This document shows positions 23,547 to 34,448 of a DNA stretch of 64,000 nt, in pieces. The position numbers and the translations under genes are program-made. Within the stretch, counting starts at the first letter, position 1. Every line of letters begins with the position of its first letter. Under the pieces are notes generated by a model. It searched no databases, had not been told where the DNA came from, and saw only the letters and a list, made by a program, of their open reading frames with translations. The stretch lies in the NCBI GenBank assembly GCA_000004985.1, contig GG738870.1; one strand, written 5' to 3'. The DNA comes from Naegleria gruberi (taxonomy: Eukaryota).

Positions 23547-24122
23547 TTAAGGTTGTTGGCAATTGACTTGTTTGGTTAATTTAAACTTTGAAATGTCAAC
23601 ATCCAAAGATTTCCATCTTGACATGATATCTGTCAATAAATTAGTATTCAATGATGGTTGTCTAGCTAAAATCCAAGCATATTCAATATGATAAACTCCC
23701 AATATATTTACACATGAAAATACCATTGAATAAGTTTTGTAATCAGTGTCAACAACCCAATATGGACCGGCAAATGGTTGATGTCCAAATGAAACTAATA
23801 ATTTGGCTGGATCTTGTTCTGGATGTGGACAATATGCTTCTCCAATTGCTTGCGAATATTGGCCATTGATATATTCTGAATTGGTGACAATAATTTTGGA
23901 TGAATCTGATGGATTGATGGTATAGTTTGCTTTCGAACAAATACCATTCTTTTCGAATGATGAATCAAATCTGGCAATTTCATACCAAACACCTAAATAA
24001 TTATCAAGCTTGAAATCTTGTTTAGTGTTAACTCTTTGACATTTTCCAAGTTGACCATTAACAGAACTGTTAAATAAATAAAAGATGTAAAAGATAATAA
24101 GAAGGATGGTGAGTGATCTCAT
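23547..24122 (-). CDS. Secreted lipocalin (apolipoprotein D/Blc-like)
   Basis: The ATG at 24122 starts MRSLTILLIIFYIFYLF, a signal peptide. The lipocalin SCR1 motif NYLGVWYEIAR is present, along with conserved Cys residues and a TDY motif. The longer ORF up to 24266 starts upstream of the signal peptide and is unlikely to be real. Confidence 0.75.
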   Translation of the reverse strand: MRSLTILLIIFYIFYLFNSSVNGQLGKCQRVNTKQDFKLDNYLGVWYEIARFDSSFEKNGICSKANYTINPSDSSKIIVTNSEYINGQYSQAIGEAYCPHPEQDPAKLLVSFGHQPFAGPYWVVDTDYKTYSMVFSCVNILGVYHIEYAWILARQPSLNTNLLTDIMSRWKSLDVDISKFKLTKQVNCQQP

Positions 24123-24354
24123 TTCAATTTTTTTCAAATTGTTGGAATTTGTATTGCTGGAAATTAAACTTGAAATGATTCCATACTTGAAGATGGACAA
24201 AATCGTACTTTCTAAACAACGACACAATTTAAATTGCATTTTACAATGACAATTATTATTGGCCAATTATTACATTTCCTTTTACCTTTAGAATACATTC
24301 GTTATAGTTTACTGCAAATAATTTACTCAAAAATTCAAAATATTTTACAAAATC

Positions 24355-25018
24355 TCATTGTTGCTGTTTCGAACATAGAAATGCATTCCATCCCACTGAA
24401 ATAAAATTAATTACCAGAGGTCTATATATCAGTGGAGTGACTATTAACACAAAAATGATTCAATAATTCATTACAAAAAAACAATCACTTACAAAAATAA
24501 TTCAAAGTTTGTACAAAAGGCCAAAATCTAACACTCACAGAATAAGTGTCCACCAAATCTCTCTCAATCTTTGATTTTAACACACTAACTAAAGAATCAC
24601 CTCTCAATCTCTGTTCATTAATAAAATCAGGTGTCTTTTCATCAGGATAATAATAATCAATTGTCGTATTCACAGAATAAAAAAAACTTGTAATAAATGG
24701 TGAATAAATTGTAATTTCAAATCCAACTCTTTTCAGTGTGGTAATGAATTTTTGTCGAGTGGTTGCATTATGTGCAATAGGAAAAACAACTTCCAATAAT
24801 TTCAACCAATTATGAATAATAGGTCCAAGAAAACAACCATAAGCAAACATTTTACATGATCTAATAAGGGAATGATTATCGGAAGATGATGTCTTATTCA
24901 CAATATTTTGAGTGATGGCATCTCCGAGTGATGTTATCACCCCACATGTTACAGATTTTGTTTTCACTGGATGTTCAATTAATAATTGTGAATAACCATG
25001 AATTAGTCGTTTGAACAT
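24355..25018 (-). CDS. Mpv17/PMP22-family inner-membrane protein (Sym1-like); 2 exons
   Basis: The ATG at 25018 starts MFKRLIHGYSQLLIEHPVKTKSVTCGVITSLGD. Exon 1 (24493..25018) ends ...FWPFVQTLNYF at phase 1 on a GTAAGT donor. A 52-nt intron with a TAG acceptor gives exon 2 (24355..24440), FTPLIYRPLVINFISVGWNAFLCSKQQQ*, which completes the family C-terminal motif (WP.VQ..NF..VP...R........WN..LS). The ORF stretch 25019..25159 upstream of the ATG starts with GTG and is probably 5' UTR. Confidence 0.8.
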
Positions 25019-25485
25019 TTTTTTCTTTCCGAAGATGACAAACAATTTTTGATTGACTCCAAAACACCGTACAATGGAATCACATAGCATATAAGAATCA
25101 CCATCCAATGGATTTGCATTATCCATTTCTTCACCATTTTCACATTCAAAATTAATCACATTATTTCAATGTTGAATATTACGAAGTGCATTTTCTTTTG
25201 AAATATTGCTCCGCCGTAGTTGCGGATTCTCAAAATGGAACGTTTGTAAATCAATTAAGCTGGAATAGAGTGTTTTGAAATTTTAAAAAACCTTCTCTTT
25301 ATGAAAGGCACTCTCTTAAGAGCTGTCCTTTTTTAAGCAAGTGTCTTCATTGTTTTTCACAAAGATGACAATAAGTTCCTAATGTAAATATATTCAAAAA
25401 GAAAGAATCTTCTCAATCTACTACTTCACCACCACCAATATAATTGATTAACAGTGCAATCACTACTTCATCAAATCATAAAAAA

Positions 25486-26712
25486 ATGATTTTACTACAC
25501 AAGAAACAACACTTGCTCCGAACAGTATTTTCCAACGCTTGTCATTCGAGGCACTTTCATACCTTTAATTCATCAGCATTCTCTCCATCCTCTCCATCAT
25601 CCAATCAATTAAATTATTTAAATAACAACAATAATCAACAGGCCATATTCTCATCCTCATTCCTTGATTGTGGCAATGCTGTTGCTGCTGCTGATAATGA
25701 TGACAAACAAGCCACGTGGAATTTTTCAATTCTCCATCACGATAATTCAACAAAAAAAATGTCCCAAGAAGCCCCACACCAATTTCATTTAATTGACGGT
25801 CAACAAATTTCTGATGAAATCAAACAAGAAATTGCCACAAGCATTAAGAATGTTGTAGAAAAACAAGAAAAGGATGGTGTTACTGATGTTAAAAAACCAG
25901 GTCTTGCTGTTATCCTTGTCGGAGAAAGAAAGGATTCACAAACCTATGTTTCAATGAAGAAGAAGACTTGTGTTGGATTGGGAATGAATAGTTTTGAAAC
26001 TACTTTTGCTGATGCTGATAGTACCACTACTGAACAAGTTATTGAAGTTATTCAAAAGTACAATCAAGATGATAATGTGAACGGTATTTTAATTCAATTA
26101 CCACTTCCAAAACACATTAATGAAGAACAAGTATTGTCATCTGTTAGCCTTGAAAAAGATGTTGATGGATTATCAGTTTATAATATTGGTAGATTAGCCA
26201 TGCGTGGTAGAGAACCAACATTTATTCCATGTACACCTGCTGGATGTTTGGATTTAATTAAGAGAACTGCCAAGGTATTGAATAGAAAATTGGAAGGATC
26301 TAATGCTATTGTTATTGGTAGAAGTAATATTGTTGGTATTCCAATGTCTCTCCTCTTGTTGCACAAGTTGAACTGTTCTGTTCAAGTTGTTCACTCATAT
26401 TCAAAGGATGTTCCACAAAAGGTTAAGGAAGCTGATATTGTAGTTGCTTGTTGTGGTCAAACTGAATTTGTTCAACCTGAATGGATTAAGCAAGGTGCTA
26501 TTGTCATTGATGTTGGTATTAATGCTGTTGATGACAGTACAAAGAAGGTTGGTTACAGATTGGTTGGTGATGTCAAGTTCAATGATGATTTGAAGAAAGT
26601 TGCTGCTGCTGCAACTCCAGTTCCACGTGGTGTTGGTCCAATGACTATTGCCATGTTGATGAAGAATACTTTTGATAGCTTTAAGAGAAAGCATCCAGAA
26701 CTCTTCCTGTAA
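25486..26712 (+). CDS. Bifunctional methylene-THF dehydrogenase/methenyl-THF cyclohydrolase (FolD/MTHFD2-like), mitochondrial presequence
   Basis: This is a single ORF with its ATG at 25486. The catalytic core is colinear with FolD/MTHFD (LAVILVGERKDSQTYVSMKKK, PLPKHINEEQVL, GRSNIVGIPMSLLL, PRGVGPMTIAML). The first ~110 residues are a basic presequence followed by a Ser/Asn-rich low-complexity stretch. Confidence 0.9.
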   Translation: MILLHKKQHLLRTVFSNACHSRHFHTFNSSAFSPSSPSSNQLNYLNNNNNQQAIFSSSFLDCGNAVAAADNDDKQATWNFSILHHDNSTKKMSQEAPHQFHLIDGQQISDEIKQEIATSIKNVVEKQEKDGVTDVKKPGLAVILVGERKDSQTYVSMKKKTCVGLGMNSFETTFADADSTTTEQVIEVIQKYNQDDNVNGILIQLPLPKHINEEQVLSSVSLEKDVDGLSVYNIGRLAMRGREPTFIPCTPAGCLDLIKRTAKVLNRKLEGSNAIVIGRSNIVGIPMSLLLLHKLNCSVQVVHSYSKDVPQKVKEADIVVACCGQTEFVQPEWIKQGAIVIDVGINAVDDSTKKVGYRLVGDVKFNDDLKKVAAAATPVPRGVGPMTIAMLMKNTFDSFKRKHPELFL

Positions 26713-26863
26713 ATTAAAATTTTGTAAATATCCTAAATCAGAACTTTTCCTTTTTCAAATATTATCTCTTTTGGAAGGTATCTTAATTGACTAGAATACT
26801 TTTTTTGCAATATGACAATCCAATAAAAACTCATCTTTGGTAATAATAAAATTTACTCATTAA

Positions 26864-28245
26864 TTATAGCACGAGATCTAAGATCATCATGATAATGAAA
26901 CCAACAAAGAATCCAGCCAATCCTATTCTACTGGTCAACTTATAAAACTTTTGCTTTTTTCTTGGTACCAAAACATCAGGAGTTTTTTCAAAAATTTCCA
27001 ATTGAGAAGTAGAATTTAAAGTACCTTCCTCTAATTTTGTTGCTGCAACAAGATCTGATTTAGGTTCAGATTCCTCACCAGAAGAATGATCATGTTTTGA
27101 AATAGTTTCAGGAATTAATTCACTCACAACTACAAAAATCATACAAGCACTAGCAAATGATAAGGCATATGGTAATATTGATTCAGATACAGTAACTAAT
27201 CCAGATCCAATAAGACCTCCTAAAATTTCCACTAAAGCACTAGCACTTCCAATAAACTGAAGAGATATTCCAAATTAATGAACTATTTTTTAATACTTAC
27301 AAATGATTTCCAATAACCTGCACCATCTCTAACAAGAGGAAGTGACACAGAAAGCCCTTCAGGAATATTTTGAATTCCAACACCCAAACTCAAACTGACA
27401 GCATTTGAAATTGAAATACCATTCTTATTTGTTTCGTTTGAAATAGATCCGAATGCAACTCCGACAACAATACCCTCTTTTGGAAATTGTTATGTTTTGA
27501 AAGAATTGAATACATACCTGGTAAATTGTGAATAGTCATGGATAACATTAAAAGGAATGATCTTCTAAATTTCACCAATAGTGAACTCAATTTACTCTTC
27601 CAATTTGCTTTCCTTTTAGGTGGAACTTCTGCTGCTTTTTCTTCAATTTTAATTTCAATATTGTTAGAATCTTTCATTTCAATTACAGATGTTGTTGATG
27701 TTACTTCTGTTAGAGACGCTGATGACATTATTGGTTCCACTGCTGCAGCCTCTTGTTCCTCCAATATCTGTAACTCCCTATCATATTGTTTCTTTTTCTT
27801 TTCAACAAAATCATTTAAATAATCAACTATTGATTGGAATAATGTCATAATTATAATGCAATTCCAATCTACTAACCTCCAATATCAAATATAATAAAGA
27901 ATAAAATTCCAATTGTAAATCCTCCAAATACAGGTAACACTGAAATATATTCTCCATATTGTTTTTCACTCAATTCTAAAGAAATTTGGTCAATTCTGTC
28001 ACTCTCAACTTACCTGCAGCAGGCAACAATAAACTGAAGAAAGAAGCTGCCAACATAATACCACCTCCCAATCCAAACAATAATTCCATCACTGTAGTAT
28101 AAAACTTATTAGATCTCCCCGAACAACAAATAAAAAAGAAGCAAGCAGCTGCTCCCAATGTTGTGAACAACCAATTAATAGTAGTAAATATCACACCCAA
28201 TCCGATCGGATGTATCGTCAATAGAAATGAATAAAATTCTGCCAT
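26864..28245 (-). CDS. ZIP-family zinc transporter (ZIP11/ZupT-like); 5 exons
   Basis: The exons on the minus strand are 28014..28245 (ATG 28245), 27877..27975, 27518..27826, 27301..27476 and 26864..27256. The introns are 38, 50, 41 and 44 nt, each with a GT donor and a TAG/AAG/CAG acceptor, and the phases are consistent. The spliced protein is colinear with SLC39A11, with the metal-binding motifs HNLPEG and QNIPEG falling exactly at exon junctions and a C-terminal ...LAGFFVGFIIMMILDLVL. Confidence 0.8.
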
Positions 28246-30062
28246 ATTATGTGTATCGGTGCCATTCGTTGTCTGATTCAATCCTGAATCCATCACCGAG
28301 TAAATTTGAGATAAATGATGAAACCTATTGTGGATCATTTTTTTTGTGTTTGTCGTTGAGAAGATTCTGTTGGTTTGTGGAGTGAAATGGAAATTGGCGT
28401 GTTTTTTGTAATATTCCAAAAGAATCCACAATGTGTGGCAAAAACAATAAGGAGTCCTTATACTTCTAATCTCATTGGAAGAGGATAACAACAAGCAGTT
28501 TGTGCACGTCTATGCTGTTGAAGCAGAATCGATTTCTAGTACAGCTTTGCTTTAAGTGAGCCGGAACAGAGAGTCACATCATCACGGCTAACAATTTTGG
28601 ACCCTTTTGCATTTTCATCATCATTTTAGATTAAAATTCCATCCTTATTATTAAAGGGAAATTAATGTTCGTGTTGTATGTTGCAAGCGCAAATCCAAAG
28701 GCATCAAAATTTGCTAAGGAAATCAAACCATCATAATTATGTTCTTAGTGAGTTGGAATTGAAAATGTCATGAGATATAATTCCTTATTGTTTTTAATTT
28801 GCATTCATAACCTTGGGAGTGATGATTTTGTGATCATTGGTATGAGCCTTATCCAGAGATTTGCCACTACTGTGCAATATGGATCACTCGCAAATTTCGT
28901 CCGCCAAGCGATTTGACTAATTTGGGTATGATTCCCGGTTTACTTTTGTTCGTCATTATAAAACATCTTTGAACCAACAAAATCAATGTCTTTTTACTCT
29001 CCAAAAAAATTCTACAATCAGAATACATCTTTAAAAGTGAAGATTCTAGTGTCTATCTTCTCACTGTTCTGTAGAGTATTCATATCATCATCATTAGCTT
29101 CAAGGAAGTTATTGTCCTAATAGTTCTCTTTAATAGAACCATTTAGTTAGTACTTGGGAAAAAGCCTTTAGAAAATATTTTGCATATTGGACACGAAGAA
29201 GTAATTGCTATTATTATTCTGATATTTTCATCATTTACTGATTAAAACAACAATTGCTAGAGTCTAGCTGAAACTATTAGTAGTAGTAACAGAGGAAAAC
29301 ACCACTCATCATCCAATAGTTCTACCACCCTAAAAGTAAAAGATAGCACTCATCAAAGTCTTCCAAAAGAGTATTGCTGCTATTGGTCCATAATACTTTT
29401 CTAATTGTAAGTATTTTAAATCTAATGAATTGATTGAATTTGTTTTTCTTGCGAACACAACCATCCTTTGAATGATCTATACTTGGATATCGATATATAC
29501 CAAACCAAACAACTCAACTGCAATATTTGGAACAACAATTTCAACATACAATGCTAATATCACGATGACTATCATAAATTACATCATCATCGCGTTGTTG
29601 TTATTATTGATAATCATCTATTAATTGTTAAACATCATCAACATGTCCCTCCGTTAAATAATGCCACGAAATGGTTTTCGTTTTGTGTCTTTATCAGGAT
29701 TAATTTGGAAAAGAACACAAAAAAAAAGAATCACAAACGCTCATTATTAACACTCCCAAAACAGCAAGAACAAGCACTATCGTGAACAACAGTTGACGTG
29801 AAGTTGAAATTGCCTCTTATCAGATATATTGGCTACCATCATCAAATACCAATTTTTATTCTTGTTGGAATTTTACTTATCAACAATATTGTGTATTTTA
29901 ATAGCGTTCTACTTTGTACTATTTACATTCTTGTTTGTTGTAACATTTACTATCATCAAACAAGCAGATTAATTTATATTAATAATTTTGCAAGCACTTG
30001 TGGCTGAAACTAATACTTCTGTCTAGTACAGTTTTGAACGATCGTTCTATATTTTGAAACAA

Positions 30063-32879
30063 ATGCATCACCCTCTACCTCCTCTTCACTCTGCGACCTC
30101 CTATTTACAACAACATGGTGGTCATCATCAGGCGCCACCATCTCCAAGTACACCATCCTCCTATCATCATCCCCAACATGGCTATTATAACAGCAACAGC
30201 AGTAGTAACAATTATCAGAGTGCATATCATCATTCTCCACACCATCATCACTCTTCTGCTGTTAATAGCTCAATGAATGGAGGTTCATCTTCGGTCATTT
30301 ATCATTCCTCTTCATCTTCGCTCTATGGATCAGATTTGGTTTCAGGTGCATCTAGCAGCAATAACAATGCAGCATATCACCATTCTCCACACCATCTCTC
30401 ACACCACCAATCAACTCCAACTTCTCACCATTCCCATTACCATCAAAACTCGTATACCAACAATAACTATCATAATGCAACCACTACCAGTTCACAGCCA
30501 TCCTACAATTATGGCAATACCCAAGACCATTCATACAATTATCAAACAGGCAATAACTATTCATCTTATAATAATACTAGTGTACCAATATCTAACAGTA
30601 ACAATGTTCAAACTCCTACTAGGAGAACAACCTATGAAGAAAATACTCCTGTTACAGTGATATCTTCAGATGAAGAAGACTCACAATATAAAACAATGAA
30701 AACTAGTACTAGTACACCTAATCTATCAAAATCAACACACCACTATGGTTTACAATCACCAAATTTTCAATCTACACCACCTAGTACTAATTATGCACAC
30801 GATTTAAATTCTCCGTCATCATCTGCACATCAACAGCAGCAGTATCAAACTACCTATCCATCTAGTAACAATACATCCTCTTCATATTATCAACATTCAG
30901 GAGGAGGAAATACAGGTGGACCACCAGGTTCGTTGGAAGATAAGTTTTTGTCGATGAGGTCATCTATCATGGTAATACCAAATTCTTCTAGAAGATCGCC
31001 TTCACCTCCACTACCTTCACCAAGATTGGCTAATGAACATCCATCAACACCATCTTCTTCTGTTGCTAATGCAACAACACCTTCCTCTTATACCCAACCT
31101 TTGGCTACCTCCACACCACCATCAACGTATGCAGAACCATCTAAACCTGCATTTAGTGAACCTCTCAAAACAAATTCAAGGAAAGCACTGGATGAAATGA
31201 TGATGAGGTTACAGAGGGAAAAGGAATCTCTTCAGCAGTTCAGAACAACATCAGATTATAGCTATCCTTCCAGTTACCCTTCCACAACTGCTACAACCTA
31301 TAACGCACCTCCTACATATTCACATGATTCATATAATTATACCAATTCATCAACATATCCATCTCCTCACTATTCCAGTTACGCTTCCAAGTACGATGAG
31401 AGGTACAGAGGTAATTCATATTATCAAGATGAGTATAATACTCCAACACCTCCACATAGTTCACATTCTTATCACTCTCCATATGTTTCTGATCCATATT
31501 ATAGAAATCCTAAATATCCTCCAATGTACGCACAAAGTAGTGAAACCATCTCAGATGATGCTCATAATGTGAGGTCAACATCTCCTACTAATCACATAAA
31601 TGGAGCTAGTGATAAGAAGAAACATCATGTACCACCTCCAAACAATACTAGTAGTGGCAACAGGAAAAAACCACCAACAGTTACAAAGAAACCTAAACAC
31701 AAAATTCCTCCACCTCCAAGTTCAACTGCAAATGTTCCTCTACCAACCCCAAATTCCAATACACCAACAGGTTCTGATAAAAAAATCAAGCTGCCACCAA
31801 AACCAAAAAGAAAAGATTCAGAACCTCTAGATAACAATGAGAAAAGTCCAAAGACTAATTTGAACCTTAGAGTTAGAACAAGCAAACAAAAGAAAAGACA
31901 GCAAGATGCTGTTAGAATGTTGAAACAGGACGATAGTGACAATGAGATTATTGAAATGGAAGATGAAAAACAAGACACATACCAACCAAAATCCACTAAA
32001 AGTGATGACGATAAATCTAAGGATGTAGAACTTGACGAAAAAGAAAATGAGATTGGTGACAACTTTGTTTTTTCACGTTCCTCCATGCTTTTACTTTCTG
32101 ATGCAGCTGATATGACAACCAAATGTACCGACTATATCAATTATGAACTTGAGAAGAAGGGATTGTCTATTGAGTTAACATCTGAAGAGCAAGAAATTAT
32201 TGATCTAGCAGTGTATAACATTGTTACTGAATCCAAAAAACCAAACTTTGTCAAAACTCCAGTTGCCTCAACCAGAAAACCGCACAAAAAATTCCTTAAA
32301 TTTTCTGCAGACAATATTAACTCATCAATAACTGTCAATGATTCAGGAGAGTCAATCAAAAAAGGTTTATTGAAGAAAGGACCTGGACTTGATGTTTATG
32401 AAATCGTTTGTGCTGCTAAACTTGACAAAATTAATGAGGATGATATCAAGAAAGAATGCGAAGGCAATCACATGCTTGGCGAAGTAGAATATAGTGACAG
32501 TGAAGACGAACCAAAGGGTGTTAATTTGAGATCTGATAATACTGGCCTTAAATCTATTTTGGGTTTAATTGAAAATGGTGCAGCATCAACTCTAAAATCT
32601 AATGAATCTCTATTCAGTGCTAACATTGAAAAGGTTTTGGAAATGTATTCCTTAAAGAGGAAATCTATTACAAAAGACGTCAAGCTTTTTGAAAAACTTA
32701 AACCTGCAAACTTGTACACCACAACTGGTGAACCAAGAGTTGAGCCATCACCAAAAAAGAAATCTTCACCAAAACGATCAGCTCCAGAACCTAAGAAAAA
32801 GGAAGATGATCAAAAATCTAAAAAGAGAAAATTTGATGTGTTAAAGAAATATAACACCAGAAATGGAAGTAAAGATTAA
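30063..32879 (+). CDS. Low-complexity His/Ser/Asn/Tyr/Pro-rich protein with a Lys-rich, probably nuclear C-terminal region
   Basis: This is a single 2.8-kb ORF (the track starts it at 30054 with TTG; the first ATG is 30063). About 600 residues are compositionally biased (HHSPHH repeats, poly-S/N), followed by a more complex roughly 300-aa C-terminus with KKRK-type basic clusters. I assign no family. Confidence 0.5.
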   Translation: MHHPLPPLHSATSYLQQHGGHHQAPPSPSTPSSYHHPQHGYYNSNSSSNNYQSAYHHSPHHHHSSAVNSSMNGGSSSVIYHSSSSSLYGSDLVSGASSSNNNAAYHHSPHHLSHHQSTPTSHHSHYHQNSYTNNNYHNATTTSSQPSYNYGNTQDHSYNYQTGNNYSSYNNTSVPISNSNNVQTPTRRTTYEENTPVTVISSDEEDSQYKTMKTSTSTPNLSKSTHHYGLQSPNFQSTPPSTNYAHDLNSPSSSAHQQQQYQTTYPSSNNTSSSYYQHSGGGNTGGPPGSLEDKFLSMRSSIMVIPNSSRRSPSPPLPSPRLANEHPSTPSSSVANATTPSSYTQPLATSTPPSTYAEPSKPAFSEPLKTNSRKALDEMMMRLQREKESLQQFRTTSDYSYPSSYPSTTATTYNAPPTYSHDSYNYTNSSTYPSPHYSSYASKYDERYRGNSYYQDEYNTPTPPHSSHSYHSPYVSDPYYRNPKYPPMYAQSSETISDDAHNVRSTSPTNHINGASDKKKHHVPPPNNTSSGNRKKPPTVTKKPKHKIPPPPSSTANVPLPTPNSNTPTGSDKKIKLPPKPKRKDSEPLDNNEKSPKTNLNLRVRTSKQKKRQQDAVRMLKQDDSDNEIIEMEDEKQDTYQPKSTKSDDDKSKDVELDEKENEIGDNFVFSRSSMLLLSDAADMTTKCTDYINYELEKKGLSIELTSEEQEIIDLAVYNIVTESKKPNFVKTPVASTRKPHKKFLKFSADNINSSITVNDSGESIKKGLLKKGPGLDVYEIVCAAKLDKINEDDIKKECEGNHMLGEVEYSDSEDEPKGVNLRSDNTGLKSILGLIENGAASTLKSNESLFSANIEKVLEMYSLKRKSITKDVKLFEKLKPANLYTTTGEPRVEPSPKKKSSPKRSAPEPKKKEDDQKSKKRKFDVLKKYNTRNGSKD

Positions 32880-32987
32880 TTTATTGTAATATGGTGATAT
32901 GATTTTCATAGGCTTGCTTCAAAATTCGAATTTCTCTCGATTCTCACCTACAAGAAAGACCAAATTTCATTCTTAAAAAAACTTATC

Positions 32988-33404
32988 ATGCCTCCTGCAA
33001 AGAGAACATCACGGAGGTTCGAAGTTTCTTCCTCTTCAAATAAGAAAACAAGCCTTGGAAAGAATCAGAAGAAACAAGCAATTACTGCACCATCTTCTCC
33101 ACCTCTCAATAGACCGAAAAGGTCCATCGAAAGAGTAAATTATGAGTTTCACAAGGGTGTTCCTTCTGATGATTCAACAGATTCAGATTATGAAGAAGAA
33201 TCTGATGAATCATCAGACCACTATCCATCATCATGCACTCGGATAACTAAGTCTTCTAATACTGGTTCCAATAGTAAAAGGAAGAAGAGAAATTCTGTTA
33301 CTTCCAGTGATGAAAGGGAAATTATCATTATTTCATCTAGTGATGAATCAGATCAAGAATCAAAAACTCTCACAAGTAAAAATCCAGAAGAAGAATCTGA
33401 ATAA
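32988..33404 (+). CDS. Small acidic Ser-rich protein (138 aa), hypothetical
   Basis: There is an ATG-initiated ORF with coding-like codon use. The protein has basic N-terminal and acidic Ser/Asp/Glu C-terminal tracts that are CK2-site rich. I found no homology. Confidence 0.35.
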   Translation: MPPAKRTSRRFEVSSSSNKKTSLGKNQKKQAITAPSSPPLNRPKRSIERVNYEFHKGVPSDDSTDSDYEEESDESSDHYPSSCTRITKSSNTGSNSKRKKRNSVTSSDEREIIIISSSDESDQESKTLTSKNPEEESE

Positions 33405-33449
33405 GAATTGAGGAGGAAGATTACAGTTTAGAATAAAGGGAAGTTTGAT

Positions 33450-34448
33450 TTATTGTGTAAATATTTGCTTGTAATTTCTCTTGAGCTTATCCAAAAACGA
33501 AGAACTTTCTTTACCACATGGATTGACCGAGATACAAAATTCATTCAGTTTTTGTTCTGATGTTTCAATATTTCGTTTTGTGTCCATAATAAGGACATCA
33601 CCATTTTGAAGTACATCTCCGATTCGCTTTGAAATATCCAAAGTAGAAATTCCATTATTAATTTTGTAAATGGAGAGTCTATCTTCTGGGGCAGTATTGA
33701 GATTATTATTTACATTCTTTATCTTTGCATAATCTGCCAAAATATCTAGTGTTTTACCAATTGACCACATTTTGCTTAATTTCATTGGTATTCCATTTGG
33801 TTGATTAAGTGTTAAATATACAGTTGTTTTGATGGAATCTGCATCATCTAGTGTCTTATTTTTCAATGGTACAATATATGTAGAAGGAAGAGAGGCATTA
33901 CTTGAGGACGTATTACCTGTCGATGAAGATTTGACAGCTGGGATATTACTGAGCTTTGAATTATTTACATTGGTTCTTTCTTGATGAAGTTTCTTTAAAA
34001 GAGCATTTGGTTCCTTTTTCTTTTCAATTTTGATTTCCTTATGTTGATGTTTGTGAGTACATTGATGATCATCAGCATGTCTATGATCTGAACAGAATGA
34101 TTTCAAACATAAGTTACAATTGACCATTTGATCCTCTTTACAATCATGAAATGCACAACAATTCTTTACACTCTCAACTTTACAACCATTTCTAATATGT
34201 CTCTCAATGACAATATTATTATCCTCATGTGGGAATCTCTTTGGCACAAGAGCCTGACACAAAGGACAGGTAGGAATGTGAGACTTTTTCAATTCCTCAT
34301 CAATATTATAAACACACTGATGGGAGGCACATTCACGATGTTCCGAACAAAAATGTTTCTTACAATGAGTACAAGTGAAGGGTAAAAAGTCTTTTTGTCT
34401 ACAAGTCTCCACACAACAATGTTTGCCAAGGTCAAAGAATTCAGTCAT
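33450..34448 (-). CDS. ZFAND1: AN1-type zinc-finger protein with two AN1 fingers and a C-terminal ubiquitin-like domain (ZFAND1/Cuz1-like)
   Basis: This is a single ORF with its ATG at 34448. It has two C-x2-C...C-x-H-x...H-x-C AN1 motifs (CCVETC...HFCSEHRECASHQC and CAFHDC...SFCSDHRHADDHQC) followed by a UBL-like C-terminus. Confidence 0.8.
   Translation of the reverse strand: MTEFFDLGKHCCVETCRQKDFLPFTCTHCKKHFCSEHRECASHQCVYNIDEELKKSHIPTCPLCQALVPKRFPHEDNNIVIERHIRNGCKVESVKNCCAFHDCKEDQMVNCNLCLKSFCSDHRHADDHQCTHKHQHKEIKIEKKKEPNALLKKLHQERTNVNNSKLSNIPAVKSSSTGNTSSSNASLPSTYIVPLKNKTLDDADSIKTTVYLTLNQPNGIPMKLSKMWSIGKTLDILADYAKIKNVNNNLNTAPEDRLSIYKINNGISTLDISKRIGDVLQNGDVLIMDTKRNIETSEQKLNEFCISVNPCGKESSSFLDKLKRNYKQIFTQ

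Noticed and set aside
28840-28930. I considered a possible U6 snRNA-like gene in the ORF-free island.
   Set aside because: Only a short CAAATTTCGT-like stretch resembles U6. The invariant ACAGAGA and AGC boxes and the 5' stem-loop are absent. It is not a credible snRNA match by eye.
31625-32122. The minus-strand ORF of 165 aa, and other short ORFs, lie inside the low-complexity gene 30063..32879.
   Set aside because: They are antisense or off-frame readings of biased-composition coding DNA. Only the plus frame is continuous for 2.8 kb.
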